Source: Selaginella moellendorffii (taxonomy: Eukaryota; Plantae; Lycopodiophyta). From it: a DNA stretch of 64,000 nt. The position numbers were made by a program, and so were the translations under genes. Below are positions 36,060-49,199 of the stretch, one piece after another; within the stretch, counting starts at the first letter, position 1, and every line of letters starts with the position of its first letter. The notes under the pieces were generated by a model. It saw only the letters and a list, made by a program, of their open reading frames with translations, did no database searches and had not been told where the DNA came from. The stretch is taken from NCBI RefSeq assembly GCF_000143415.4, contig NW_003314351.1, positions 377,470 through 441,469 on the forward strand, written 5' to 3'.

Positions 36060-37010
36060 AACAAAGTAGGAGTAATATAATTGTTGATAATCTTGGAAGA
36101 AACCTCATAAAAATGTTAAACCATCAAAAGATAAATGTGCACTTGGATTATCACATAGTGTACCATTTTGTGTTCCGCATCCACATAATATTGGATTGTT
36201 GCAATGGAAATCATCTCCTGGTGCACTGCAACAAGCCACTTTATAAGTTTTAAATCCATATTGATCCATATTTCATAAGCTCAGTGCGTGCAGAGAACCA
36301 ATCAAAATAGTATAGTTCAATATCATCGTTCTGATTTTTAATATCATTCACGATATCCAAAATAGCTTAATAATATTTGTATATTGCATACCCCCAATAT
36401 CAACAAACTCTTATAAATAGCCACGAGAACAATCTTGACGAGGAAGATTCATCACCAGAAAATGTTTGGCACCAGAATTATATAAATCCATAATACTAGA
36501 TTTAATGCCAGCCACCACAGATGGAATTGATATTTTCCATATTGCATACCATAATTAGGATTATTACCAATATAATAAAGTGCTTTATCTTTATGAAGTT
36601 GTAATATTGTTTATGTCATAGAAAACCTGAAACTTGCGTAGATAAAACATGAGAACAGAAGTATTATAATACTAGTTGGACGAACAGTCACTCCAAATTC
36701 AAGCCCATAAAATAAGTTCCATTGTAAGTCAAGCTAGGACGCTCAAAATCTCCAAGCTTGAGAGAACAAGCTAGATAATCAATACAAATATATCCATCCC
36801 CTGTGGCTTTTCCAAGTGTCACTCAATATGGCAAATTTCCAGAGAGACTAAAAGCGCCAGCAGCAATTGCTTCAAGGTTGCGGTTGCCAGTATCAGAGAG
36901 TGAATCAGTAAAGCTAAAGATTGCTGAGGAACACAAGTGCCATTGAATTTTTTGGCACTATCACCACCTTTGAATCAAGGAGAATTGAAAAGAATGAACG
37001 GAAAGCCATG
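36060..37010 (-). pseudogene. GDSL esterase/lipase pseudogene
   Basis: AIFSFTDSLSDTGN (block I), GFKTYKVACC, CDNPSAHLSFDG (block V region); no continuous ORF. Confidence 0.75.
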
Positions 37011-37269
37011 GAAAAAACAAAAAAGACTTGATGAAAACAATGACCTTATATATGCCATTTTTATCTGAAATGTTGATATTTTTGTGGGAATAATCTTTAA
37101 AATATATATTTCTTTCTATACTAGTAACATAGGATTAAATGGCGATGGCGTTCCAGGACAAAACGTAATAGTTATATAATAGATACCCTTTTCCCATGTC
37201 AGCCTTTCTAAAGGCTGCCATTCCAAATGCTACAAAATGACCACTATCCGCTAGCTAGAAAAGTTATTT

Positions 37270-38619
37270 GTACGATGATGATCATGTCAGTGTTACCGGT
37301 TCATAAGTGTGGATAACAATACATATGCTCCTCCCTGCTCTGGATTCATCCTGAATACCATGTTTGCAGCACGGCCCCCGTTCTGTAAGACTCTACGGCT
37401 GGCCCAAGCAAGCTAGTCCACTCCAAAACATCTGGAAAATATGGCAGGTTTGCAATGGCCTCATTGAGATGCCCTGACCGGCCCAACAGATCCACAAAGC
37501 ATCGATTGGCTCCATTCCATAGTCTGCTACCACTGAAGCAAAGGCACTACCTTCCTCGCCTCACATTTCCAGTATGGCTGCAAGCCACCAGACCCAAAAC
37601 AAAGCACGTCAAGTCCGGGAGGTGGAGTGTCTTTAGAGAACCAAACAGTTCCAATGCCTCAAATGAGCTAGGGCTACCAGCATCCCGGCATATGAAACCA
37701 TGTCAGGCACGGGAATCAGGGCCAGCAGCTTCAAATCTCTGCCCAGATGCCCATTACCGGCATATGCTGTCAGCACAGTATTCCACGTGGCAGATTCGTG
37801 TTGGGGGAGACTTACAAACATTCTTATGGCCTTGGTCAGATGCCCATGCTGAGAATATGCCGAGAGCATTGTGTTGAAGGATAGGAGGCCTTGCTCTGGC
37901 ACGGGGTTGAAGTTGTGCTGTATCTCCTCGATTCCGTACGCCACACTTGCTTTTCAAGAGCAGCATTGTGGTCCATGACACAAGATCCCTCTGTGGCATT
38001 TTCTCAAACACGCACGTTGACTGCTCTATGCAACTGTGACTGGCATATGCCGCAAACATTGAGTTCCAGGAGACAATGTCCCTAAAAACATGGTTGTTGT
38101 GCATGAAACCAGGCTTCTTTCTGGCATCTCTTCTAGGAAGTTTGTAGATTCCTCTACACGACCGGCACGGGCATACGCTGCCAGCATGCCATTCCACGTC
38201 GCCACATCAAAGGAATACTGCCAAACAGCTGCTGGGAGAGATCCAGCCGTCCATTCTCGGAGCATGCCGCAGACTCGAACATCTTGACGCACTCTTGCAT
38301 ATGCCCAGTCCGGGCATATCCCGCCAAGGGCACATTCCAAGGCATGACGCTCTTGTGGGGCAAAGATTCTCTGGGCTTCCGCCAAAACCCCGTTCAGTAC
38401 GTAGGCATTGAGCAGGAGATCCCAGGAGAAGGAATCTTTTCTGGGGAGCGAGTCAAACACGCGGCGGGCATTAGAGACAGTAGAGCACCTCCCGTACATC
38501 TGGATGAGCTTGTTGCAAAGGAAGATGTCGCCGCTAGTGATGGATTGGATCCTGGAGTGAGCTTGGAGAGCTTGAGATGGAGTTGCACAGCAATGGATGA
38601 GCTCCAAGCACCCAGTCAT
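37270..38619 (-). pseudogene. PLS-class pentatricopeptide repeat pseudogene
   Basis: FLCNKLIQMYGRC..ARRVFD; DIVSWNSM; SFNTMLSAY; ACSHTG; multiple frameshifts. Confidence 0.88.
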
Positions 38620-38659
38620 TCTTTCATTCTTTGTGAGTTTAGGGTTTTAGAAGGAAGCA

Positions 38660-41177
38660 ATGCTCCAGCAGCGGGTGAATGCGCTCACGGGGGAGAGCGA
38701 ATGGATTCTCGTTGGCGATGGAGGCGACGGCGGCGATGCGAGCGATCCCCTGGCAGAGAGCTCGTATCTTGACATGCTGAATGATCGCGCCAGGAACAGG
38801 GCATTCTCTTCAGCAATCGCGAAGCTCGGCCGCCATGGCCATGTCCTGGACATTGGGTGAGGCTAGAGAGATCCTTCTTTCGTTTCCTGAGCTCGTTCTT
38901 GACAGTGCTGGCACTGGGCTCTTGTCGCTCATGGCTTGGCGGGCAATGGAAGAGCAGTGCCAGGTGACTGCTTGCGAATCTTTTCTTCCAATGTACAAGC
39001 TGGCTCGCAAAGTTTGCCGAGACAATGGGACGATGGGAGCGATCAAGCTGCTCCATATGGGCTCGGATGAGATCAAAGTCGGGGTGGACATCTCTAGCAA
39101 AGCCGATGCATTGGTACGCTAAGTCTGTACACATTCTTCTTCTTCGTTTCCTCTGGACTCTTTGTCTCTCCAGGTGTGTGAGATTTTAGACTCGGAGTTG
39201 CTTGGAGAAGGGATCATTCCAAGTCTAAGGCACGCTCATGAGCATTTACTCCGGCCTAATGCTGCCACAGTGCCATATCGAGCTACTGTGTATGCCCAGG
39301 TATATAGCAAAGTCTTTTTTCTTAGCTCAGTGTTGAGTTTACTTCTTTCTCTTAGCTAGTCGAGAGCGACTTTCTCTGGAGATTGCACGACCTTCAAGGG
39401 GTAGAAGACCGGCTGCAGGACGGATTGGCTTTCGCTCCCAATGATTTCTACTCTTACTTCAAGCACAGACAGCATGCGTTTCACGTTGATGAAATCCCCG
39501 GTATGAAGCTGGTAATTTAGTAGAGTTCTCTTACAAGTTACCAAAACCCGTGGCGCTGCAGCTTTCCGAGCCGTTTGAGGCCTTCGTTCTTGACTTCTAT
39601 AGAGCTCCAGATGTGCGTGGAGAATTTAATCAAGCCGTGCATGTCAACTTCTCTGGGACTGCTCACGCAATAGTTTCATGGTACGAAACTTGCTCGGATT
39701 CGCTACTTCTTGGTTCGCTTTCTTCTCTGATTGAACTTGACAAGGTGGGTGCTGCAGCTTGACAAAGATGGCCTGGTTTGCTACTCAACTGCTCCTCGTT
39801 GGATCTGAGGTTTGTTTTCCTGTTTGATTCTTTGAGTAACTCCGCAGATTTGTGTTCTCAGGGGCAAGCGCGTGGTGTGACCATTGGAAACAATGTGTGT
39901 GGTTTCTTCCTGGACAAGGTGTTTCGGTGGAGGAGCAGTCGGAGCTTCGCGTCGTAGTCAGCCATGATGAAACGTCAGTGCGGTATGACATCAATGGTGT
40001 ACGCTGTAATAGTTCAGCGTCTGGTTTCGAGCTGAGCCTACAAAGGTGTCGCATGCTTGGTGACGGTAGCAGGCGTTCTATCATACAGTCTGCCATTCAA
40101 ATAGCTGTAAGTGTGTTTTGAATCTGTGAGTACGATTGTTTCTTTTTCTTTCTGTCCAGCTTGGAGAACGAGAACTTGGAAACTGTCTCATTCTGGATGA
40201 CGGCCTGATGAGCGCCGTGTGTGCTCTATCTACAGTGCATGGATCCTGCCATGTGGCTGGTTTGTTTCCAGGCTGTAGAAGAGATGGCTTGAAGTACTTG
40301 GAGAGCGTCGCGAGCAAGCTGTCTACTATACACAAAGACGTCAAGCATCTCACTGGGGACGATTTCAAGGGGCATAAAGTATACAGTCTTGCAACTCCAT
40401 TGGATATGGACGGGTTTCTTTCTTTTCGCGACAGGTGGATGTTCTTCTAGGGGAGCCTTATTACGCCACGTACGAGCATGCGTTGCCGTGGAAGCAGCTT
40501 CGGTTTTGGTTCGTTTTCGTTTCGTTTTCTAAAGAGTTGGAAGTTGTTTTAAAGCAGTGAGAATCCAGGTACGAGAGAACGACGCTAAGTCCGTTGCTAT
40601 CAGAGAACCCTATTATAGTTCCCTGCTTTGGAATTCTCTATGGGATGGCTTGTCATCTTCCTGTAAGTTGATTATTTTCTCTGCAGTGACTTTGGTTTCA
40701 TGTTGGCTAAATCAGGATTTGTGGCAAAGCCGCTGTCGCCTTGAAGAAGTCGATGGCTTTGATCACAGGTCATTGACAAAACCGTTTTCGCTGCTCGAGT
40801 TCAACATGCGTGAGGAAATTCAGAGTCTAAGTGGATTTGCAAAGGTTATTCAATTCTGTCCTCTTTGGTACCACTTAATGTTTTCTGCTACTTTTGCACA
40901 GGTTAGCGTTGTAAAGACTGGGCTCTGCCATGGAGTTGTCCTGTGGATGGACTGGGTGATGGATCCCGAGAACAAGGATTTGGTACTTTCAACGGGACTT
41001 TTAAATCCAAGTGAGTAAGATTCTCTCCATCTCATCTCAAGGAGTTTCGTTTTACGTCTAGGCTGGAAGCAGGGCGTCAAGCTTTTCCGAAAGCCACTGC
41101 AAGCCACGGAGACTTTAGAGCTCAACGCGTCCTTCGATTCACAGACTGGAGAGATCAGCATCACTCGCGTGGTCTGA
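38660..41177 (+). pseudogene. PRMT7: Protein arginine N-methyltransferase 7, copy 1 (short introns; in-frame TGA at 39806-39808)
   Basis: NALTGESEW; YLDMLNDRARN; VLDIG/AGTGLLS; EILDSELLGEG; WCDHWKQ; LLGEPYY; CHGVVLWMDW; WKQGV. Confidence 0.88.
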
Positions 41178-41262
41178 AGCCACAAACTCTTCTTTGCATT
41201 TAGGAAAACTTTTAAATCAACATCAGGTAAATTCCAAACATATAGTTCCTATCTCTTGTGCT

Positions 41263-41960
41263 TCAAGTTCTTTGTTTGTTCGTCCTTGAAGTGTTGTTGA
41301 GCCTGAAGTAAACAGCGTCATACCGGATGCTCTTGATGTACGGTAACTTCCGCCACCTCGCAGTTGCTGAATTATACACCACCAAAATCTTGTTCTCTTC
41401 CTGTTGCTTTTCATCAAGTCCTTCCTCGTTTGCCATTTTCTCTCCTCTTGCTCCGGAGCCATGCTCTTCTCTCCAGGCTGGTCTTCCTCCCACTCCTCTT
41501 CGTCTTCCTCGTCATCGTCATCGTCATAAGGCAGAGCTCCAGCACCACCACTCCATCCACAACATTACACGCCCGGAATCCATATCCGCTCCCATCGCCC
41601 AAAAACTTCTTGGGCACATCCACGATCCAGCACTTTGTCGGCCCGAGAATGGCTGCGCTGCGATCAAAGTGCCAGAAGTCGAGAATCTTGCGCCGCACAG
41701 CACAAACTGGTGGTGGTCACTGTCGTCAACCAGAGGCCGCTCGATCCCTTGCTGGGAGAAGAAGGAGCCGGCATCCACTTGCCCGACTCCCAGACGCCGC
41801 GCAGCGCGTCGTGATCCCGGCACGACTCGACGACGCTCACGTCCGACTCCTTCCATGCGCTGTTAGCTCCGCGAGTCGAAAGCTTGGACCTGGACGATGC
41901 TCTGGAGGAGATTTTGCTGCTGCATGGCGGACACCATGTGACCGTAGCGGAGATAATCAC
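41263..41960 (-). pseudogene. F-box/kelch-type beta-propeller C-terminal fragment
   Basis: ILVVYNSATARWRKLP; frame-broken; no F-box motif seen. Confidence 0.4.
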
Positions 41961-42191
41961 TCGATTGCTGGCCTAAGTTCATGGAGTAGCGAACGATCTT
42001 GAAGTCACCACTCGAAAGAACACGCAGCGCCAGCAGTAGCCGTTTCACCACGTGCCACGTGTTGGTTACCCCAGCGAACCAGGCCCTTTTGAGCGGCGCG
42101 ACATTGTCAACCGGAAAGGTGGCGGCCCAAGAGTTATGCCACGATGACTTTATCTTAGAAAAGGTAGATTTAGATATGGAATGTTCTAAAC

Positions 42192-44409
42192 TCAAACTTG
42201 TGTTTTTTTTAGGCTCTGCCTCTTTTTGGGCTGCCGCCCATCGCCGCTACATTTGCTGCCGCTGAGGTTGTGCTGCGCCTTCGTCATCTCGATTTCATCG
42301 CTGCTGCATTTGTTGCCGCTCTCGATAGCCGTCTTGGGGTCCTCGTGCTGCGCCCTCTCCATGGCCTTCTTGAGGTCCTCGTGCTGCGCCCTCGTCATCT
42401 CGATTGCGCGCAGGTCGTCGCCCGCTTCGTCGCCGGGTAACTCCAACTTGTGCGCTCTCCCCTTCTGCAGCAGCTCCTGGATCTCGAACACCTGCATGCA
42501 GCGGCGGACGGTGATCAGTGCCACGATTGGCAGCAGCGCTGCGATGGAAATCCACGCCAGGAGGAGGGATTTGGACTTGTAGGTGGATTCTCCCTGAATA
42601 ACCGCGAGCACCTGGAGACCACGCTGCGTGATCTGGACTTGGTCGGCGTGGAGTCCCCAGGTCACGAACTTCGCCTGCCTCTGCATTTCTGTGCCCATCA
42701 TGGCGATGACAGCCGAGTAGGAGACGATGGCCAGCAGCAAGTTGGCGATCAACAGCAGCGGTCTTGAGGTAGCGGGTTTTCCTTCTCAAGTTTTTTGAAC
42801 GAAGGCGACTTAGCTGTGAATTTGTGAGTGGCTTTGTAGTAGCCACCACGGCGATGAAAGTGCTGGGAAGAGCGATGGCTGCCACCCAGAAATCCGTGGC
42901 GGCTCCTTGTTCCAGGTTGAGAGCCGAGCTGTGAGCTTGGATGTACAGGTTCTTGAGCTGGAAGAGGTATGCTTCAAGGATACCGTCGGAATCTATGGTA
43001 TCATTGAAAGATGGGATGAAATCGGTGCCTGCCAGGCACATATCTCTCGCTGCTGGCACCACACAGTCGGTAAGGCCTTGGACATTGTTTATTTCTGAAA
43101 AGTTTGTGTCGTTCCTCCAGGATGCCGGAGGTGGATATAATCGGTGGAACAGCGATAGCACGTCTGTTCGGTTCCCATTGCCTTGGACACACAGGTAGCC
43201 TTCGCCATCGGCGCTAGAGTTTGAGCATGCAACAAAGTTTCCCGTCGAGCCAGACGCTAAAACAGGTGTGTGTACTTGTTGCTCGCATTTGCTGATATTG
43301 TCTTCCTCTCCTAGAAAATTTAGTGGCTGCTCCATTCCCAAAACCCGGCAGTATTGCTTGCTACTTGTGCTGTTGAATTTGTCGTCCATTTGATAGCATC
43401 TCTCCACTGCATAGTAACCCGCGTCAGAAGCTTTCTTCACGACAGCTTTTATGCCCAGTATTGTCTCGGCCTGCACCCTCTGGGCCTGCACCCTCCAGGC
43501 CTGCCCCGCGGTTGAAATTTCTGGTTGCTTTTGGGACCTGCTCATACCATCATATCCGTCCATCATATCTGGGATATCTTGTCGGGACCTGCTCGTAGTA
43601 CTACCAAGTACATCCGTCACAGCTATATCTTTAGCTATGTACATTAAATTACGTCTAGCGCTGGTTTTACTGTCAGTCCTCGTCTTGTTTGAGCAGGAGA
43701 TAAGTGTGCCATCTTGAAAGCTTTTGATTTTCACATCCGAGCTGTTGAGCAACTTGACTTGGCGGCTGTTGCTGGAGAGCTCGAGAATTCTTGCTGTTAA
43801 AGAGTTGCTAACTGTCTGGCTAAACTTATCTTCTCCATTCTCTTTAGAGGTTCTTATGGACTCGGACACCTCCCAGACTGTTCTAAACGCTGGCTTCTCC
43901 CCGATCGTAGTGAGTATGACTGGAGCCACACTGTCGCAAGCCTTACTGTCATCTTTGTTGTTGTCGCCAACACACAAGTAAGCCAGGATCCATACTGTGA
44001 CACGCATCGTTCCCAGGCTCTTGATGTGGTCGACGGACTGGTACTCTGCAATGGCTGCTCCCCTCGTGCCTAACAGACCCTTCTTCTGCCTGATCTCCGA
44101 TTTAGCCCGATCCGTCAGATTTTGGTCTTCGTGCCCAAAATCGCAGCGTGACTGGTTGTGTACAGCGCCAACCATGTACCGGAGAAAGGCCTCGGGACGC
44201 CTGTCCTGGAGGGGGAGGAACTGCCACCATACCTGTTTGTGGAGGGAGTCGCCGCTCATTCTCAGGATCGCCGTGGAGCTGTCCACCTCCGACAGATCGC
44301 CTTGCTGCACAGAAATCAGTGCGTGTCCATGGCACGAGAAGAGAACAAGAATGCAGGCCGAGAACACAAGCAACTTCATCTGCGGTGTAAGGCTACGCAG
44401 AGAACCCAT
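42192..44409 (-). CDS. Unrecognised intronless gene: signal peptide, ~500-aa Cys-containing ectodomain, 3 predicted TM helices; one frameshift near 42763
   Basis: 709-aa ORF overlapping a 186-aa ORF in the +1 frame; hydrophobic segments FWVAAIALPSTFIAVVA, LLLIANLLLAIVSYSAVIAMM, LLLAWISIAALLPIVALITV. Confidence 0.65.
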
Positions 44410-44429
44410 GGCTTGGTGTCTCAATTATA

Positions 44430-44845
44430 AAAGCAAAGTTACAAAGAACTTTGAATATTTTAAGTGGTTTGTGGGGGATATGGAATGAGAAGATGCTTTC
44501 ACACTGAGATTGAGACTGCAAATGCTTTCACACTGTTCCCAGGGATGGACGTGGTTAAGTTCCTGGTATTATAGAAATCTCATGAAAACAAAGTTAAAAC
44601 AACTTTGAATGTTTTCATTCATCATAAATTGTTTATATGGTTTACTAGTGCCCGCCACGAAGCATGAGATGAGACTACAGATGCTTTCACGGATGGACGT
44701 GGTTAAGGTCCTGGCATTATGAAAATCTTATAAAAGAAAAGTTACAAACAACTTTGAATATTTTCAGTGGGCATACGGAAAGACAAGATGCTTTCACCCT
44801 GTTCCCAGGCTGCTTGAAGGGATGGACGTGGTTAAGTTCCTGACG
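44430..44845. repeat. Three imperfect ~150-bp tandem units upstream of the TM gene
   Basis: Recurring AAGTTA(C)AAA.AACTTTGAAT, ATGCTTTCAC and GGATGGACGTGGTTAAG. Confidence 0.75.
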
Positions 44846-45229
44846 CATTGTTCTTGTTCTAGAAAAAATGTATTCGACTCTTTTGTACTATGGCTGATTG
44901 ATTGGACCATAATTCAATACAAGACAGCCTATTGTCATTCACACTTTAATGTTTTGACAAACACATGGACTTGGGTGATTTGTAAATTTTTGCAGTGGGT
45001 GAAGTTGGGTGAACTTGATCCACTAGAAGTTGGGTGAAGTGAATTTGGGTGGTGAAGTTCACCATTGCACTTACAAGCATCAAGTCTCAAGGTTCTCTTT
45101 CACGCTGGTGTTGTTCTTCCACAGGAAGTATAGGTTCTTCGACACTAGCAAATTCTAGCCCACATCTTCTCCAACACAATCCTCTACTCCAATTATGTCA
45201 GGAGGAGCCAGAGGAAGTGGACTTCCACA

Positions 45230-45692
45230 ATGATGAAGTATTTTATGCTTAACAGGTTTAGTGATCCAGATGCACACTTGCAAACTTTCTTTATTTCTAA
45301 GATAAATAATGAGAATTCAGATGTGGAGCGGTTGTGGTTACAACAGAGGATGGAGCAGCCGAGTGGCTAGGCATAGTAGAACAAAACACCATTCACAGAT
45401 TGACCAACCCTAAGAGTGGCTTTTCTCAATCGCCAGCTCCTCTAGTCATATTAAGTATTATTGTCAAGGATTGCCATTAGAGATAGAATCTCACATGAAA
45501 ATTCAGAATCCAGCGCCTTTGGAGGAAGCAATCCAACACACCTCAAATTGGGAACAAGCAAAGCTTTTGATTGCAAGGTATGCATACAATGCCTCTCTAT
45601 AGTGGAGTCTCTGAAGTTTCTAGATCTATAGTAGATTTGAGAGCCTAGGATTGTTTACTTCAGTCTTGAGAACAATGGATTATAGCAAGCAG
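45230..45692 (+). mobile_element. Degenerate gag relic truncated at the duplication junction
   Basis: DPDAHLQTF gag-like motif; matches window positions 1-393. Confidence 0.6.
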
Positions 45693-45741
45693 CCTTATTC
45701 ATTCATAATAGTAATGCCCATAACTAGTTTCAGCAACTAGA

Positions 45742-46580
45742 CTAGACAGGCAGAGCGATACCCCCTGCAGCGCAGAGATCAGCTCCGGTGTTGCGATCGT
45801 AGAGACTGCAGCCCTCTTTCATGTCCTCGCAGCTGCGGCGTGCATTCCTGCAAGACTGCAGGGTGGTGCCCTGAAAAGTTACAGACTTGGTACAAATGGA
45901 CACTCTGGGCAGGCAAACGAGGGCGCAAACCCCCATGGGGTCTTCAGTAGGCAGGCAGGTGCTGTTTGCGGATGGATTCTCCAAGTAGATGCAACCGGAT
46001 TTCCCGAAGCAGCAACCACAGTTATCTTTGGAGACCTCGGCATTGCAGACCTCCACAATCGAATCAAGCTTACACTTCCTTCCTGCCATGAGCTCTATCG
46101 GAGAGGGCTGAGCTTCCTGAACATAATGAACAAGGCGGTTACCTTGATCTGTGCCCTGCTGCTCCAGCCGCGGGATGGGGTCACCGTTAACGATGTTGTA
46201 GTAACCGCATCCAGGTTGTCGGGGTGGGAGTTTTCCCTTGAGCACCTTGATGCCTGATGTTGGGAATCCTGATGAAGGCAATGGGCATACGGCCAACTTC
46301 GGACCTTGGCACTCCCGGGTACAAGCCCTTGAATCACCGCCAATGCAAGTGACTTGTCCTGAACCAGGTTGCAGATAGACACAACCTTTCTTCAGACTAC
46401 AGCAGTTGCTGCAATCGGTATAGGTGAGGTCACCATTGCAAACCTCGACGACACCACCTTGAGCAGCTGCAAGAACAGGAGTCCGAGTTAGAATCGAACA
46501 TACAAGTGGAGATCTCTCTCACAGGATAACGAGGCCAACAGAAGAAGAACGAGCACGGGGAGATTGCCGCTTCCAGCCAT
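45742..46580 (-). CDS. Pin-II-like proteinase inhibitor, copy 2; intron 46467-46522
   Basis: Same translation as copy 1 in the ORF track. Confidence 0.8.
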
Positions 46581-49199
46581 ACTTCTCTATTGCAGATCTG
46601 ATGGGCTTTTGAAGTCCAGCATTGGTGCTTTAGAAATGTTCAAAACGTGTGTCCTTGACACAATGGATATCTTAATGCAGTAAGATAAGCCCTCTCACCA
46701 CGGATGTGACGGGCGAGCTGAATGTCCTTTGGCAATGCCAAAGGACATCTAATGCCAAATTGGCATTAGATAGTGGCTTGCTTTGCGAAGATTCACCGGT
46801 AAAATGCGGGAACAATGCCCAGTCTCAGCACAAAAACAAATATCAGCTCCAGTGTTGCAAACGTAGAGATTGCAGCCCTTGATAGAATGAGCGGACCGAA
46901 GCTGGAGAGCCTAGGCCTGAAAAACGATCAGGCACGGTTGCAAGTGTGCAGGGTAACAAGTTGCATACGGTGGCAATTTATTTTGGAAAAATGCTCGTCT
47001 CGACCATTTTGATTTTTTATATTCATTTTCTGATATTGTCTGTATTGAAAACATATATGCCACTAGCAACCCTTGTACCAGGGGTGCTACCCCGATCGAT
47101 TTTTTGCTCTTAGGTAGGGAAAGCTGGATTACTCCTGTGTTGAGAGCTCATAAAATAGAGTAAATGGCAGCATCTGTTAGAACTAAGCTGAACATGCACA
47201 CAACCAAGGCAGGTAGCTCACTGGTAGAGCACCTGGCACCGGTGTAGGAGGTCCTGCCTGTCCAACCATTTTCCAACAGCATCCATCCCTCCAGCTGGCT
47301 GAAAGTTTGGATCCCAGGACCATTTTGCACTAACAATGCAAACTTTAATTGAACCAGGCCATGGGGAAGAGTCAACCATTGAACCCAAGCATGATCAATA
47401 ACAAGGACTCGACGCAAAGAGTTTCTTCAATTCTCATATTGGTGTTGGTACAGTGGTTCACATTGAGTTGGTAGCTTCCCAGACAACTTGTTTGGTTGCT
47501 GCTAAAGTTCCTTGATGGAACACTGCCTTCAAACCTGTTGTTGGTCGCATTGGAGCTGAAATTTTTGGAAGGCTCACCCGAGAAGATGGCCTCCCAGTTT
47601 GTTGGAGTTTAACAGAAGTATGCTCGGAAAGCTGAGAGGAATGCTGCCTTGTAGGTGACTAATATCTGCCGAATCTCAGGAGAGCTGAACAAGCTAGAAG
47701 CAGTTAGAGAGTTCCTAATCCCTGCAAGCTGGAATAGTTGGTTTATGAATATCTATCAAATCCATCAAATCCAATGCACCTTCACTGAAAATGTCAACAC
47801 AGTGAGCCATTTCCTCCAAACACAGTAGGTGTAATGGGACCAATGTCGTACTTGGCACTGTCCATAAACCATGGCTACAACAAAATAGCAATCGTTGGCA
47901 TTGCTTTGGCTTGTACATGTGATCTGAAATATGTCCTGCCAGCCCACGAGAGAACGAGCTTTTTAAATGCTTGAAAACGTTTACTGTTTGGAACGTACAT
48001 AGGATGAAGTTATCGCCTCTGACGGTGAATCCAAAGCCCTCTCTCCAGATTGTCGCGAGTTTTACAAGTTCCCAGCAAGACACAACCTCACTGGCTGGAC
48101 GAATCCAGAGCATGGCCCGTGGTGATTCGGCCTCTTTTGTTTTGCGTGGTTTACTCCCAAAGCCGGAGATCAACTTTCATGCTGGGATGCTGGCCGGTGT
48201 AACCTTGGGGACGGTGTCTGGTGACGAGTTATTGCAGGGGCCGAGCCTGACCGAATCAACTGGTAAGCTAGAAGTTTTTTTCGTATTTAAGTATTCGCTG
48301 ACTGATACTTTATTCCAGCGGCTTCGACATGGTCCGTAGCCAACGCCACGGCATTTGGACAGTGGATACAGAGCAGAGGCTCCATCTCTCCCGTTGCATC
48401 CGGCTACGTCATCTCCGGCCCGACCACAGCTCTACGAGCCGAGGTTGTTCATGTTTCCATGGAGGAGGAATGGCCGAGGACGCTCCAGAACGGTCTCGTA
48501 GCACACTTCGGCTCCTCCAAGGCTCGAGACAGGAGATGCAAGGGATGCGTCTGGGTGGGAATGGCTTGTGTGACAACGCCGGTAGTAGCAGCAGTGTGGG
48601 CACAGGGAAGCCAGGGAGCAGCAGCGGCATCAAGCTGCAAATCCGCTACGTTCTAGAGCAACTTGGAGCGGAATTTTATGGCCTCTCGTGGCTGACCATC
48701 AGTCCCATGTATCTCCACCGGCATCCAGTGCTGCCTTACCACTGCGGCGTAGTGCTGCGGCTGGAGAAGCTACTGTATTACCCGAAGGCACCACCGCCGC
48801 CGCCGCCGCCGCCGCCGTTATGATTATGTACATACGATGTTTAAAACGATAGTATAAATATACGTATTCTTATTAAGCAAAGGGAAGATTAAAAAAAAAG
48901 AGTTTAGCCTTTGTTCGTTAACCATCTCTTCTTGTTGAGCATACAATGGCGGACTCAAGGGGCTCTTTTCCAGACGTATCACGCTAAACCAGTTAAAGAC
49001 CGATCGATGCTTAACCTCACAACAATGCACAGCCATATTTCTTGCTGATATCGGTTCTAAGCCAAGGCGCATTGGCCAATGTCGCATTGCTGGATTCCTA
49101 CCACTTTCGATGAAACTGCATTCTCTCTTGATCAGCCAAAACACCAAGCTATCTTTTAAAATAAAATAATAGAAATTATAAGAATTAAATTTCAGAGGA

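Larger units (their letters stand above)
32548..45692 (+). repeat. Tandem segmental duplication unit 1 (13,145 bp)
   Basis: 32548-~41280 is nearly identical to 45693-54347. Confidence 0.95.
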
